Positions 27,001 through 39,056 of a stretch of DNA of 64,000 nucleotides are shown piece by piece; positions within the stretch are counted from its first letter, which is position 1, and the number at the start of each line of letters is the position of its first letter. The translations under genes were made by a program, and so were the position numbers. The notes under the pieces were generated by a model. The model saw nothing but the letters and a program-made list of their open reading frames with translations. It was not told the origin of the DNA and searched no databases. The DNA lies in contig NW_025766414.1 in NCBI RefSeq assembly GCF_003918875.1, positions 1,054,001 to 1,118,000 of the forward strand. Reading direction: 5' to 3'. This DNA comes from Haliotis rubra. Lineage: Eukaryota.

Positions 27001-29308
27001 CTGTCGTTGGTGCCATCTGCTGTGCATCCATGTGTTATCTATTAGTTATGCAATGACACAAGCACTTTTCGTTACAATTGTCGACATTTTCTCCAAGCCC
27101 TTAAAATGTCTCAAGCTCAGAATTGTAAAGTCATCCAGATAAAATTATGTAGCAAAAAATTTATAATGAATACCAACCTTCACAGGTTAAAATTGTCACA
27201 GAGGATGGGCATAACTTTTTAAAACAAGTTAAGTAGTCACGCAAAGTGCTTATTTTGAAAACCCTAAATCAAAGGTGATTTTGAAGCACAGGACCTTATC
27301 CTACCACCAACGCTTATGGGTATCGATATACCATCCGACCTGTGGCAGTGACGTCAGAGTACAGACATATACGCAGTTTCATTTAACAATGCGCTAAATC
27401 TGCATGACAATGACGTGATTTCCATAATGTTTTTCACTCACTGTGGAACATATGTCATTACATTGTAAAATCTAGATCACTTGATAGTATATAGTCTGTA
27501 AATTAATTTATGATGAAAGTCAAGTCACTTTGCATCGGAATCATTTTTCAAATGTACAAAAAGGAAGATCTAGCTGATCTGTTTTTTAAACATACGAGTA
27601 AGAGTATCTCCTTTCACACCAGGGCATAAATTTCTACAGAGTCAGGAAACTTGATACGCCGCTGTCTACAACGTCGGAATGAAAATAAAGGGCATGTTGG
27701 AGATGAGAGACACAGAAATACTACGGGCAACCTTATGTGTAGCATTAGGGTGTAACAGTAAGTGTAATTTCTTCAGATTTTCAGCGAAACAAATACCGTT
27801 TTCCAAGGAGGCAAGATGGGTTACTGCAACATCAGCGAGGAGTCATTGGATGGAATCCGATGGGAGGTCCCGTTTTGTTTCTTGCATTTTGAGGCATAGG
27901 ACTATGAGAGAGATCCCGACCAACTCCGAACTTGGAAACGAAGGTATGTTCCCTTTGATATTATTCCAGTGTAAATCATTACATTTGGCACAGCGCATGA
28001 TTTACGTGCTTTCATTTGTTCATGTGTCTGATTTTGGAAGAAAAGCCTTGCTTATAATATTAAAAAACAAGCAGGATGAACCTTTCTGCAGTCACTAGAT
28101 TTAGGAAAACTCCTGTATGTACTGTATATAACTTCGGATATCATATTAATTTCTTTGAATGTAAACAATAACACGCCACCTGTGGATCATCACTGAATGA
28201 TTATTTAATTCATATTCTGTCTACATGTTGGATACATGAAACAATCTGGTAGATTTGACAAGTGTGAAAATGGTGTAGAGAAATATTATAAGTAATAAGT
28301 ATCATAGTATAAAGTACTTTTGAGTGTAATGTTTATACGTTTCATTTCATCAGAATCTTTTATATTGTATTTTGTTTCGTACTAAAATATGGTAGGACAT
28401 ACCGTTATTTGTCAGTGTAATTTATTGTTTAGAAAATCTGCAATTAAATTACTGCACTTTGTTTCTGCTCTTTACTTCAAAACATTCAGTTTTCACAAGA
28501 ATTAGTTTTGAGAAATGAATTGCTACCTCACATAAGCAGTGGTGTGGACGTTGAAATATTGTTATGCAGTTTTAGTCAAGTGACATCCTGAATCTTCTTT
28601 ATAAATTAAAGCTATAGACCGATGTCGTAAATCGTCTTAAACAAGGTTTTGAACCCCCGATCATGGATTTACTAGCGTCCTCAATGAACATTGCACTGTA
28701 AATTTGGCCACCTCAGGCGACTGTGCAACATTGCCCCTCCTCAGTTTAGGAAGTGATGTCCGCCGCAATATAGTTGGAATATTGGGAGTGCGGCGTAAAA
28801 CTAAACGCACTCACTACTGGTGATGTCACCAGTTAAAACCTTTCAGCAGCTTTTCACAGAAAGCCCCTTGCAAATGCTTTTTAAAGTGTTTTTCAACAGA
28901 GTTCCTGCTCTTCACAGGTTGATGTGAGAGGAAAGTGATATAGGTCTTAGGCGTTAATGACACCCGTGAACACGGGAACAGTGTTGAAAAACCTAGAAAA
29001 AGTCGAGGTGAAACAGGAATTGAGACCATGATCACGATCTGCACTGCCAATTCTAGCGCCTTAGACGACTGAACCACCTGTAATCATCAGTATTGCATTA
29101 TCCACACTAACTACTCTTCAAAAGGATGCATCGTTTTTTCGTTTATAATATTGTTTTTATTAACATATATGCAACAGGTACATAACAGTGAGAAGGGATG
29201 GAAAAAGTACAGCATACAAAGCGGAGATATGTGAAAAAGAAGTATGGCCTGAATTGCAAAACTGTTTTCATGGTATAATGACAGCTTGGTGTCAGGTTGA
29301 TGTCGAAG

Positions 29309-30499
29309 TTACAAATAATTCTTTTCACCAACATAAATCTTCCAAATGAACATATTAGACGGGGACGTGGCATTAACAAAATCCATTGTATTCTGAAGAA
29401 AATTTGGAAGTTTATTTACTGTAAACCAGAGGTAGCCATTAGTATCGAAAGCAAAGCTGTCAACCCATTCCATGTACGTGTCATCCTTTGCTACCTGGGT
29501 CTGCGTTTTCAGGGTAACATCGTCAACAGACGCCGCCATTGCCATGTCCTTGGTGAAATCCCATTTGTACACAGCATTCAAACTCAACGCTCCGTAATAC
29601 AAACTTTTACTTCCAGCTATCATGCCTCCGGTCTGGGAAACTTTGTTTCCAAGGTTTTTGACAGATCTGCTGATGTCGGCATTTTCATTCGCAAGCACTG
29701 ACGTGGGAACTCGGTAAAGTTTCACTGATGCCAAGGAACAGTAGTAAAGATACCGGAAGTCAGGTGAAAGAGCAATGCCATCTATCGGTATGTGTGTCGT
29801 AAATTGTGTGTGGTCAAAATTGATGATAGTCGCCGGACCCTGCTCGTCTAACATGCTCTTGTGTGAAAATGTGTACGATTTGTCCTTTCTGAAATCATAG
29901 ACAACAAGCTTAGCTGTTCCAGCATCCGTAATGTAGGCATAAGCAGGCTTTCCTGAAACTTTATGAATCACGATATCGTTCAGGAACGTGCGCATCTTTG
30001 GAGCGATGGCTTCAGGAAAATGATGAACTCGGATAACTTTGTCGGTGTTTATATCGTAGATAACAAGCTTAGGGGGACACAAGTATTGTCCCGGGTCGGC
30101 GATTGAGTTTAAACCAGTGTCAATAATCCACATCCATCCAGTTGCAGGGTCAATCTCAAGACTCTGAGAATACTGAATGGCTGAACAGTCCCCTTGTGTC
30201 TGCATGTCCCAGCTGGGGAAGGGTTTGAGGATTGCCTCCCCATGTTTCTCCACTACGACATTAAGAGTAGATGGAACGCCTTTCCTCCAACGAGGAATCG
30301 TCACGTACACACTGCCATTATAAATCTTTATGCCTGAGATGAGGTTATTTTGTATGATGAAGCTTCCGTTATTTATTAATTCCTGTCTGACTGAGGTGTT
30401 TGGCCAATCAAAGTCCAAGGCATGCCATTTGTACACGATGGCGGAATCCACAAAAACTTTTCCGAGAATGGCAATCAGAAGGATTGTAAATGTTAACAT
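29309..30499 (-). CDS. Yellow/MRJP-family secreted protein, copy A2 (396 aa, intronless)
   Basis: Close paralog of A1. Signal peptide MLTFTILLIAILG; TIPRWRKGVPSTL, GDCSAIQ, GWMWIIDTG, CPPKLVIYD, PIDGIALSPD. ATG at 30499. Confidence 0.93.
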   Translation of the reverse strand: MLTFTILLIAILGKVFVDSAIVYKWHALDFDWPNTSVRQELINNGSFIIQNNLISGIKIYNGSVYVTIPRWRKGVPSTLNVVVEKHGEAILKPFPSWDMQTQGDCSAIQYSQSLEIDPATGWMWIIDTGLNSIADPGQYLCPPKLVIYDINTDKVIRVHHFPEAIAPKMRTFLNDIVIHKVSGKPAYAYITDAGTAKLVVYDFRKDKSYTFSHKSMLDEQGPATIINFDHTQFTTHIPIDGIALSPDFRYLYYCSLASVKLYRVPTSVLANENADISRSVKNLGNKVSQTGGMIAGSKSLYYGALSLNAVYKWDFTKDMAMAASVDDVTLKTQTQVAKDDTYMEWVDSFAFDTNGYLWFTVNKLPNFLQNTMDFVNATSPSNMFIWKIYVGEKNYL

Positions 30500-31793
30500 G
30501 GTCACAGTCGTAAGCTAGTGAATCTGGGTTAGACACAGTCTTGAGCTAGAGAGTTTGCTGTCTTATCTGTAAGTTGTTCAATAATATGCTGACACACACT
30601 TTTCAGTACCATTGTCGAAACATTGCTTTATCTCTAAGAGCATGAGAATTAACATTATGTTGCCTCTAGTTTAAATGCTATAGTCATCGTGATAAGATTG
30701 TGTATCTATTCAAAATACAGAAAAAACAATATGAAATTGAGACCGAGACAGGTGAGAATTGAGGATTGGCAAAACGTTCACAAAGTTTAATTCCGCTGAC
30801 AATAAAACAAACAAAATTCCGATGTTAACTGGTTCTCGGGTTCAATTCCTAATTACCCATTACTTTAGATGGTTTGTCTGAACCATATGTGTAGATTCAA
30901 ACAAAGTGATAAATGTCTACGACCTTCGTCATTTGGGGAATCCTCCCAAACAAAGCTGACACAACCTAATGTAAACTGGGAAGACCCCGCAAACAAAGCT
31001 GACACAAGCTAATGTGAATTGGAAAGAATCCTTAAGCCAAACTCGCTATAAAGAAAGAGAAAAACAACTAAAAGAGATTGTTACCCTCGTCGTTGTATGA
31101 CCTTCCACAATAATCCAAACCAATTTTGTCAGTTCTCTCATAAACAATTAAACCGTTAATTGTACACACAGTATACTCCTCAGAACATTTATGTATGATA
31201 ACGTCAAATGCTACCTCTGATACAGTCAGTGAGGAGGAGAACCAGGGGTGTTATATGAGCTGGCGGAGGTTGCACGAGATATTGACATTGTGCTAGGTCA
31301 TTGATACTTATGTTATTTCTCGACTGTATGCCAGAATTTTCAAAATGATCGCACATATTAACCTGAGGCGAACTCATCAGCACTGGAAAATGAATCCATT
31401 TTTGCCATGTCTACATCTCTGAATAAACTTTTTGCGTTTATATTTGCTTTTGAAGTACTACTTGGGGTTCAGTTAATCCTGATATTAAGTTAAATTGAGG
31501 TTTGACATTTTCATTTATTAACGATAATATACTGATACCATGAAAAATAGGGGGTGTTCCGATACTTTTTTCCATGAGTATATCGATGTAGAAAAAATCA
31601 ATTTCATTCTTCGTTCACATTCTTCGTTCTATTTTAGTATACAAACGTTCAACGGGGACACTATTTTAATGTAACATGACGTATAAATTGACAAATTGAG
31701 CAACACAAATAATGACAGAAAGGAGTCCGCCAAAGCCGGTTTTATTACAATGATGTATGTATTGCTACATCCACATGTATACAATACAAAGAT

Positions 31794-33002
31794 TCACTTG
31801 GTTCCAAGGTAACCATTTTCGCCCAAATACAGTTTCCATACAAACATGTTAGGGCTGGAGATGTTCATCTTTTCAATTAAGAAGCTTCCTGCATTATCAG
31901 CTGTGAACCAGAGTGAACCTTCATTGTCGAAAGCTAAGGTGTCCACCCATTTCATCCGCTGATCATCATGAGCAACAAGAACCTGAGTGGTCAAAGTTAT
32001 GTCATCCGGTCCGGCTGCCATGTTTTGGTCCTTCATGAAATCCCACTGGTACACACCGTTTGAACTAAGAGCACCGTAATACATAAATTTCTTCCCAAAT
32101 GCTATACCATCAGACTGAGATTTCTTCACTCCGACCTTACGAACAGATTGCTTGAATAACCCCTTCGGATTGGAGAGAATGGTTGTAGGTATTCGGTACA
32201 AGCTAGTACCTGCTAGAGATGAGTAATACACGTACCTGAAGTCTGGCGACATGGCAATACCATTTATTGGGAATGTCTCTGGGTAGGATCTGTTGCCGAT
32301 ATGAACAACAGAAGATGGTGGAGATTCTGCTAACATGCTGCTGTCAGCAAAAGTGAACGATTTGTCAGACCGGAAGTCGTAGGTCACTATATGTGCTGGT
32401 CCACTATCACTGATGTACGCAAGGACAGCTTTACCACCCACTCTGTGGAGGACGATGTCATTCAGGAAGGAAGACCTGGATGCAACATGATCAGGGAAAA
32501 CATGGGTTCTGACTATACGTTTACGGTTGATGTCGTAGATGATGAGTTTAGGAGGGCAGATTGTCTCAGTGGGATCAGCCATTAATCCAATTCCTGTATC
32601 TATGATCCACATCCATCCCGTCAAGGGGTCGATCTCCATGCTCTGGGAGAACTGGATGGCGGAGCAGTCCCCAATAGTCTGCATCGACCAGCTGGGGAAG
32701 GGTCTAAGTATTGCCTTCCCGTCTTTCTCAATGATGACATTCAGCGTTGATGCAACACCTTTCTTCAGTCTAGGAACTGTGATGTACACGCTTCCATTGT
32801 ATACCTTGATCCCGCTGGCCATGTTACTTTCGGGAACGAAGCTGCCATTCTTGATAAACTCCTGTTTAATGCTGTCACTCGGCCATTCAAAGTCTAATGA
32901 TTTCCATTGATACTCCAGAGACAACTGTCCAACTTTTTGACTGATAGTGGTTACAAGGCACAGACCAAGGATTACCAAGCTGAACATTGTACACGTAGAC
33001 AT
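31794..33002 (-). CDS. Yellow/MRJP-family secreted protein, copy B1 (402 aa, intronless)
   Basis: Signal peptide MFSLVILGLCLVTTIS and the same family motifs; AATAAA 48 nt after the stop (31741-31746). Confidence 0.93.
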   Translation of the reverse strand: MSTCTMFSLVILGLCLVTTISQKVGQLSLEYQWKSLDFEWPSDSIKQEFIKNGSFVPESNMASGIKVYNGSVYITVPRLKKGVASTLNVIIEKDGKAILRPFPSWSMQTIGDCSAIQFSQSMEIDPLTGWMWIIDTGIGLMADPTETICPPKLIIYDINRKRIVRTHVFPDHVASRSSFLNDIVLHRVGGKAVLAYISDSGPAHIVTYDFRSDKSFTFADSSMLAESPPSSVVHIGNRSYPETFPINGIAMSPDFRYVYYSSLAGTSLYRIPTTILSNPKGLFKQSVRKVGVKKSQSDGIAFGKKFMYYGALSSNGVYQWDFMKDQNMAAGPDDITLTTQVLVAHDDQRMKWVDTLAFDNEGSLWFTADNAGSFLIEKMNISSPNMFVWKLYLGENGYLGTK

Positions 33003-33544
33003 TGTCTATGAAACCGTTGTCAGGTCCTGCATTTTAATGCTGTGATAAATCACACTAAATGTGTCATGACTTGGCATGTTCCCAATGTATTATATCTCTT
33101 TTAGGCATTAACTGTTAAAGTTCCGTTTAGGAGTACATGGGTGAGTTTGGTTTCACACTATTTCAGTTTTATCATGGTGTGAAGTGATAAGGTCTCTGAC
33201 GTTTAACACATCGGTTAAACAGATAAGCTTGTGTGTTGTCTGATACACATAAAAACACCGTCGATACAAAGTGAGTTTTGAACTCGAGATCACAGGTTAA
33301 CTGGCCTGCCCAAAGAACCATGTTTATGCATTGTGAAGTGTGGTGCCTTAGGCGAGGGGGCAATCAGTGCCCCTTTCTCCTCGTAGAAACTGATGTCACA
33401 AGCTCAACTGTATCAACAGCTTTTAATATAATTTCTCATGCTTTTCAAATCAACCAAAATGGGTGAGAGAGTTTGGAGTTCTCCATTTTGTACGTATTCC
33501 AGAAACATCAACTAGTGTCAACTTTATGTGAAGGAAAGCTTGAA

Positions 33545-34208
33545 GTAGTGCATGTGTTATGCTGTCGACAGTTTGGTGGTGGAAGCGTTATGGTATGTTG
33601 AAGCATCGCATCTCGTGGTTGGACACAACTTGTCATTGTCAATGGCAATCTGACAGTTCTGCGATACAGGGATGATATCACTAGGCCTCGTGTAGTTGTT
33701 CATTCAAGGACAGGGACGTAACTTCACGCTTCAGCAAGATAATGCCCGTCCACATGTCGCTCGTGTTGTGACAGATTACCTGAGACAGCAGAATAAACCC
33801 GTACGGCCCTGGTCAGCAGTTTCCCTGGACCTATCCCTTATCGAGCACACTTGGGATGAAATGGAGAAACGTTTACGTCAAGCCCAGAATCAGCCATTGA
33901 CGTTAGCTGAATTGGGACAAGCGTTAGTTCACATACATGGAACATTCCCCAAGATTTCTTCAATCACTTAGTGTCGTCAATGCGTCGTCATTGCAAGCTT
34001 GCATCAACGACACCGGTTGACATAAACGATATTGAATTTATGAACTGACCTTTGACACCACACCTCTTCAAGGGCGTGAAACGATGCCTAGTGTCAAACC
34101 ATACAGATTTCGACATTATCCTGTCCACAGTTAAACAATGGTTAAGGAAAACGCCATAACATGGCTAAGCATCAAATAATGCACAGTTACTTTATTCCAG
34201 TAGTTTAT
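33545..34208 (+). mobile_element. Tc1-family element, 3' half (degraded DDE domain)
   Basis: FGGGSVMV...LVIVNGNLT..RYRD / FTLQQDNARPHVARVVTDYL...WSAVSLDLSLIEHTWDEM (DNA.PH and SPDL.PIE motifs). Confidence 0.88.
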
Positions 34209-34401
34209 ATAGTCCACTTGAATATGATAGTTTCATGCAATTTTAGTATAGAAACGTTCAGGTGGGAAGGTATATGACTGTAATATCACTTATATGATGA
34301 CAAATTGAGCTAAAGAAATAATGACAGAAAGGAGTCCGTCAAAGCTACTTTTATTGCAATGAGTATGCACTGCTACATCCACAGGTATACAATACCAAGT
34401 T

Positions 34402-35595
34402 TCATTTGATTCCCAGATACCCATTTTCGCCCAAATACAGTTTCCATATGAACATGTTAGTTCTGGAGATGTTCATCTTTTCAATTAAGAAGCTTCCTGC
34501 ATTATTAGCTGTGAACCAGAGTGAACCTTTGTTGTCGAAAGCTAAGGAGTCCACCCATTTCATCCGCTGGTCATCATGAGCAACAAGAACCTGAGTGGTC
34601 AAAGTTATGTCATCCGGTCCAGCCGCCATGTTTTGGTCCTTCATGAAATCCCACTGGTACACACCATTTGAACTAAGAGCACCGTAATACATAAATTTCT
34701 TCCCAAATGCCATACCATCAGACTGAGATTTCTTCACTCCGACCTTACGAACAGATTGCCTGAATAACCCCTTCGGATTGGAGAGAATGGTTGTAGGTAT
34801 TCGGTACAAGCTAGTACCTGCTACAGGAGAGTAATACACGTACCTGAAGTCTGGCGACATGGCAATACCATTTATTGGGATTGTTTCTGGGTAGGACTTA
34901 TTACCGATATGAACAACAGAAGATGGTGGAGATTCTGCTAACATACTGCGGTCAGCGAAACTGAACGATTTGTCAGACCGGAAGTCGTAAGCCACTATAT
35001 GTGCTCGTCTACTATCACTGATGTACGCAAGGACAGCTTTACCACCCACTCTGTGGAGGACGATGTCGTTCAGGAGGGAAGATCTGGATGCAACATGATC
35101 AGGGAAAAGATGGGTTCGGACTATTCGTCTATGATTGATGTCGTAGATGATGAGTTTAGGAGGGCAGATCGTCTCTGAAAAGTCAGCGATTAGTCCAATT
35201 CCTGTGTCAATGATCCACATCCATCCCGTCAAGGGGTCGATCTCCATGCTATGAGAGTACTGGATGGCGTGACAGTCCCCAATAGTCTGCATCGACCAGC
35301 TGGGGAAGGGTCTGAGGATTGCCTTCCTGTGTTTGTGAATGATGACATTCAGCGTTGATGGAACACCTTTCTTGAGTCTTGGAACTGTGACGTACAGGCG
35401 TCCATGGTACGCCTTGATCCGGCTGGGGATGTTACTTTCGGGAATGAAGCTGCCATTCTTGATAAACTCCTGTTTAACCCTGTGGCTGGGCCATTCAAAG
35501 TCTAATGATTTCCATTGATACACCAGTGACAAGTGTCCAACGTTTCGACTGTAAACGTTTACAAGGCACAGACCAAGGATTACCAAGCTGACCAT
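34402..35595 (-). CDS. Yellow/MRJP-family secreted protein, copy B2 (397 aa, intronless, His/Arg-enriched)
   Basis: Paralog of B1/B3. The first ATG is lost (TTG plus a small insertion), so it starts at the second Met, MVSLVILGLCLVNVYS; ORF intact. Confidence 0.92.
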   Translation of the reverse strand: MVSLVILGLCLVNVYSRNVGHLSLVYQWKSLDFEWPSHRVKQEFIKNGSFIPESNIPSRIKAYHGRLYVTVPRLKKGVPSTLNVIIHKHRKAILRPFPSWSMQTIGDCHAIQYSHSMEIDPLTGWMWIIDTGIGLIADFSETICPPKLIIYDINHRRIVRTHLFPDHVASRSSLLNDIVLHRVGGKAVLAYISDSRRAHIVAYDFRSDKSFSFADRSMLAESPPSSVVHIGNKSYPETIPINGIAMSPDFRYVYYSPVAGTSLYRIPTTILSNPKGLFRQSVRKVGVKKSQSDGMAFGKKFMYYGALSSNGVYQWDFMKDQNMAAGPDDITLTTQVLVAHDDQRMKWVDSLAFDNKGSLWFTANNAGSFLIEKMNISRTNMFIWKLYLGENGYLGIK

Positions 35596-35984
35596 TGTAC
35601 ATGTAGGCAGGGACAGACAATGTCTATGAAGCCGTTATCAGCTCCTGTGTTGTAACAGATCACGGGAAACGTGTCATCTCTTGATATGTTTAGGCATTGA
35701 CTGTTAAATTTCCGTTTAGGAGTACATGGGTGAGTTTGGTTTCACACTATTTCAGTTTTATCATGGTGCGAAGTGATAAGGTCTCTAACGTTCACCACAT
35801 GGGTTAATCAGATGAGATCGATTGTGGTGCTGACCTCGAGATCACAGGTTAACTGGCCTGCCCAAGGAACCATATTTATGCACTGTGAAGTGTGGTGCCT
35901 GAGGCGAAGATAAAGATAAGACATGCATATTTGTAAGTTTTTAAAAAACCTGGTACGTGTCAGGTTCATGATAAATCCTTTATA

Positions 35985-37542
35985 TACTGAACCACAAAAG
36001 AAATGTCGCACCGATGGCAGTTTCTTAAAGCACACACTGTAACTCACTCTAATTAACAATCAAATGAATTGAATAAAAAACAAATTAAAAAAAAAACAAT
36101 CAAAACGAGAATTGAGTCCAAACTTGACAATTATGGTTACCACATTTTCGGGAATCACATTTAGAGTTCACACAAACAAAATGACCAAAAATGGTACCAT
36201 TAAGAGACCTCAAAGTCAGTATTGTGTGTGGCCTCTATGGGCATCGATGAAAGCGTTGCATCGTCTGTACATGGAATGAATTAGCCGGTTGATGAAGGCC
36301 ATAGGCACTTGGGTCCATACTCTGTGAAAAGCCTGATCGAGTCCAGCAGCAGTTGTCGGCCTTGGGTGGAGGTCATTCAGTCTTCTTTGAATCTCGTCCC
36401 AAAGGTGTTCTATTGGACTCAAATCAAGACTGAGTGGAGGCTATTGTAGGGTTTGGATGCCATGTTGTCTTAGGAAGTCCAATGTTACTCTGGCAGTGTG
36501 GGCACGAGCTTTGTCTTGCTGGAAGATGTGATTTCAGTAATGTCCAAAATGTGGTACAACGCGGGCTCTTATGACTTGGTCAATATAGCGAGCAGCTGTC
36601 ACGTCATTTCCTCATCCTGGACCGAGATTCTGGAACACTACAGTGTCAACTATCTGGTTCAGACCTATTGCATCCCACACCATGATGCTTGGGACCACCC
36701 CATGAGTCTCTTTCAACAATACTCTATTGGAAAACAGTTCCCCACTCCTTCACCATACTCTCACTCTGCCATCGACTGTCGAAACACAGTATCGGCTTTC
36801 ATGAGATAAAAGCACAGTTCTCCATTGTCGATAACGCAAATTTTGATGCTGAGTTGCCCATTGCAGTCGGTTTGGGCGATGATGAGCGGTGAGGACAGGA
36901 CTACGATATGGTCTGTGACAGCAGAGATTTCTTCCGCGCAAACGTCGATGCACTGTATCGGCATTGATGGGTCTGTTGTGAGTCCCAATGGTCTGGCGTG
37001 CTGTTTCCGTCTCTCTGGGGAAGCGATCCTGGAGATGGTGTCGGCCTTGACGTCGTGATGTTACTAAAGGTCGCCCACTGCGTGGACGGTCTTGGATGTT
37101 GTTAGTGACCTGATACCGCTCCTGCAGTCGGTAGACTGTCCTAGCATGAACATTAAAATGATTGGCTACCCTCCGTGCAGTCTGGCCAACTTGCAATCGT
37201 CCCAAGACTTGGTTCCTCTGATCTCTCGTAAGTCGTTCCATGGCGATTGTGTCAAAACAAAAACGATTTCAGGCGAGTTTGGGACTCGCTTTCATTGGTA
37301 GGGTTGTTACTATATGCACGTGCATTTTCATTTTCACGAATGTCATACGGAACCTTTTACCACGTCTGCCATTTTAGGTGCGCTTGTTCGATATGCTTTT
37401 TCATCGGAAAACACACTGATGTTGGTACTTTGAATTGAAAAACATGTAAATAAAACGATACAATCATGATAAAAACACCATTTTGTATGAACAAAATCTT
37501 GCATTTGGTTTTGAAATGCGACGTTTCTTTTGTGGTTCAGTA
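35985..37542 (-). mobile_element. Near full-length Tc1-family transposon (~1.56 kb), defective transposase
   Basis: 26-bp TIRs TACTGAACCACAAAAGAAA(T/C)GTCGCA with one mismatch, TA flanks. Transposase pieces MERLTRDQRNQVLGRLQ...DRPRSGRP (from 37241) and SPIEHLWDEIQRRL...GHTQY (to 36216), with frameshifts. Confidence 0.94.
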
Positions 37543-37695
37543 TATATAATTCATCAACATACATCCTCCGTGTAAAATTCTTATTCGGAAAAGTGGCTTT
37601 TACAAAATCTATGGTATTCTGAAGAACTCCAGGAAGTATATCTACTGTGAACCAGTGGTAGCCATATGTGTCAAATGCAAGTTGTTAACCCAGTT

Positions 37696-37902
37696 GGTTT
37701 ATACCGGGACTGTCGACAACAACATATAATCCGTCCAAATTACTTGTCGACAGTCCGGGGAAAGGGAAATGATGTTCTACATGAGTGACTTCACGCCCAG
37801 TGTTCTCGAAATTAACAAACCAATTAAGAACAGAGTGCGATATATATAGAAGACAATATATTTATTTACTCAATATAACAATATGTATGTATATGTCACA
37901 CA

Positions 37903-37986
<84 letters not shown>

Positions 37987-38440
37987 AAGTGATTTCTACA
38001 GGTGTATAAGCAATAAATATTTAAAAGATAAGTCCAGATATTTTTTCTTGCCAAAACTCCTTTATATCTGCACTAAAGTAATCTGTAATGTTCAGCCAAG
38101 ATGAAGCAACTCTGACACATGACACATATTTTGTAAGCTATGTTTCTTTCCGGTATTTTTTTTGGCATGTTAAACTTCAAAATGGTAATCCTTCCACTCG
38201 CATAACGTAAAATAATAGTCTGTTTGCAACCTTAATTCTCTTAGAAATTGTTAAAAAGACATTCTCTATAATTAACTGAATTCATTTACTCATGAAACCA
38301 TAGCCACCATAGCCACTTGCAAATCACTGAGCAAACATTCTCTTTCATTAATTAATTCCGTCACGGTATGTTGACCACGCGATGTCGACACTCCGGGGTT
38401 TTTTTCTGTCGACGGTTTGTCAACAGATCGGGCTGACATC
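37696..38440. mobile_element. 745-bp non-autonomous DNA element with internal (TG)n and 8-bp TSD
   Basis: TSD ACCCAGTT at 37688-37695 and 38441-38448; degenerate TIRs (about 15/24 matches); long (TG)n at ~37906-37983. Confidence 0.75.
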
Positions 38441-38817
38441 ACCCAGTTCCTGTACGTGTCATCATTTGCCACCAGAAGAGTAACATCGTCCACAGATGCT
38501 ACCATGCCTTTGTTTGTAGTCAGCATTCAAACCAAATGCTGCATATAAAAAGAATGTTTACTTCCATCCATCCTGTCTCCGGTCTGGGAAGGTTTGTTTC
38601 AGTTCTCTCGCCAATTTTTTCACAAGCTCTGGCCTGGGAACACAAAAAAAGTTTCATTGAAGCCAGAGAGCTGTAGTGAGGAAACTGGAGGTCAGGTGAA
38701 AGAACAATGTCATGTATCGGAGTATGTGTCTTAAATTGTGTGCGGTCATAACTGATGACAGTTGGGGTGGCGTGCTCATCTAATAAGATCCTGTCTGTAT
38801 GTGTGTACACTTTGTCC

Positions 38818-39056
38818 GTGATTACACAATGCCATTTAGAAAGTGGTCAAATGTAACATGTTATATTTGGGATTACACTGTCTTAGTGGAAGTCGCCATG
38901 GCTGAGCGGGTTAGGCGGCTGATTTTGTGTGCTGGCGATTAGGTGCTTAACTCTGGGGGTGTGGGTTCGAATCCCGCATGGGACTCGACCCAACAAAAGT
39001 ACTAGAAGCTTTACTTTACTAAGAAAGTGCAATCCCAAATATAAAATACGTTACAA
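38818..39056 (+). mobile_element. Insertion carrying a tRNA(Leu/Ser)-like Pol III cassette between ~36-bp inverted repeats
   Basis: TSD-like TTTGTCC (38811-38817, 39057-39063). IRs TGTAACATGTTATATTTGGGATTACACTGTCTTAGT / ACTAAGAAAGTGCAATCCCAAATATAAAATACGTTACA. A box TGGCTGAGCGG, B box GGTTCGAATCC. Confidence 0.75.

Noticed and set aside
27349-27356. CRE site TGACGTCA ~400 bp upstream of yellow A1
   Set aside because: A single 8-mer that I did not see conserved upstream of the other copies; a chance occurrence is plausible.
38891-38987. Functional tRNA gene
   Set aside because: No clean anticodon arm, imperfect acceptor stem, and it lies inside an insertion in a pseudogene.
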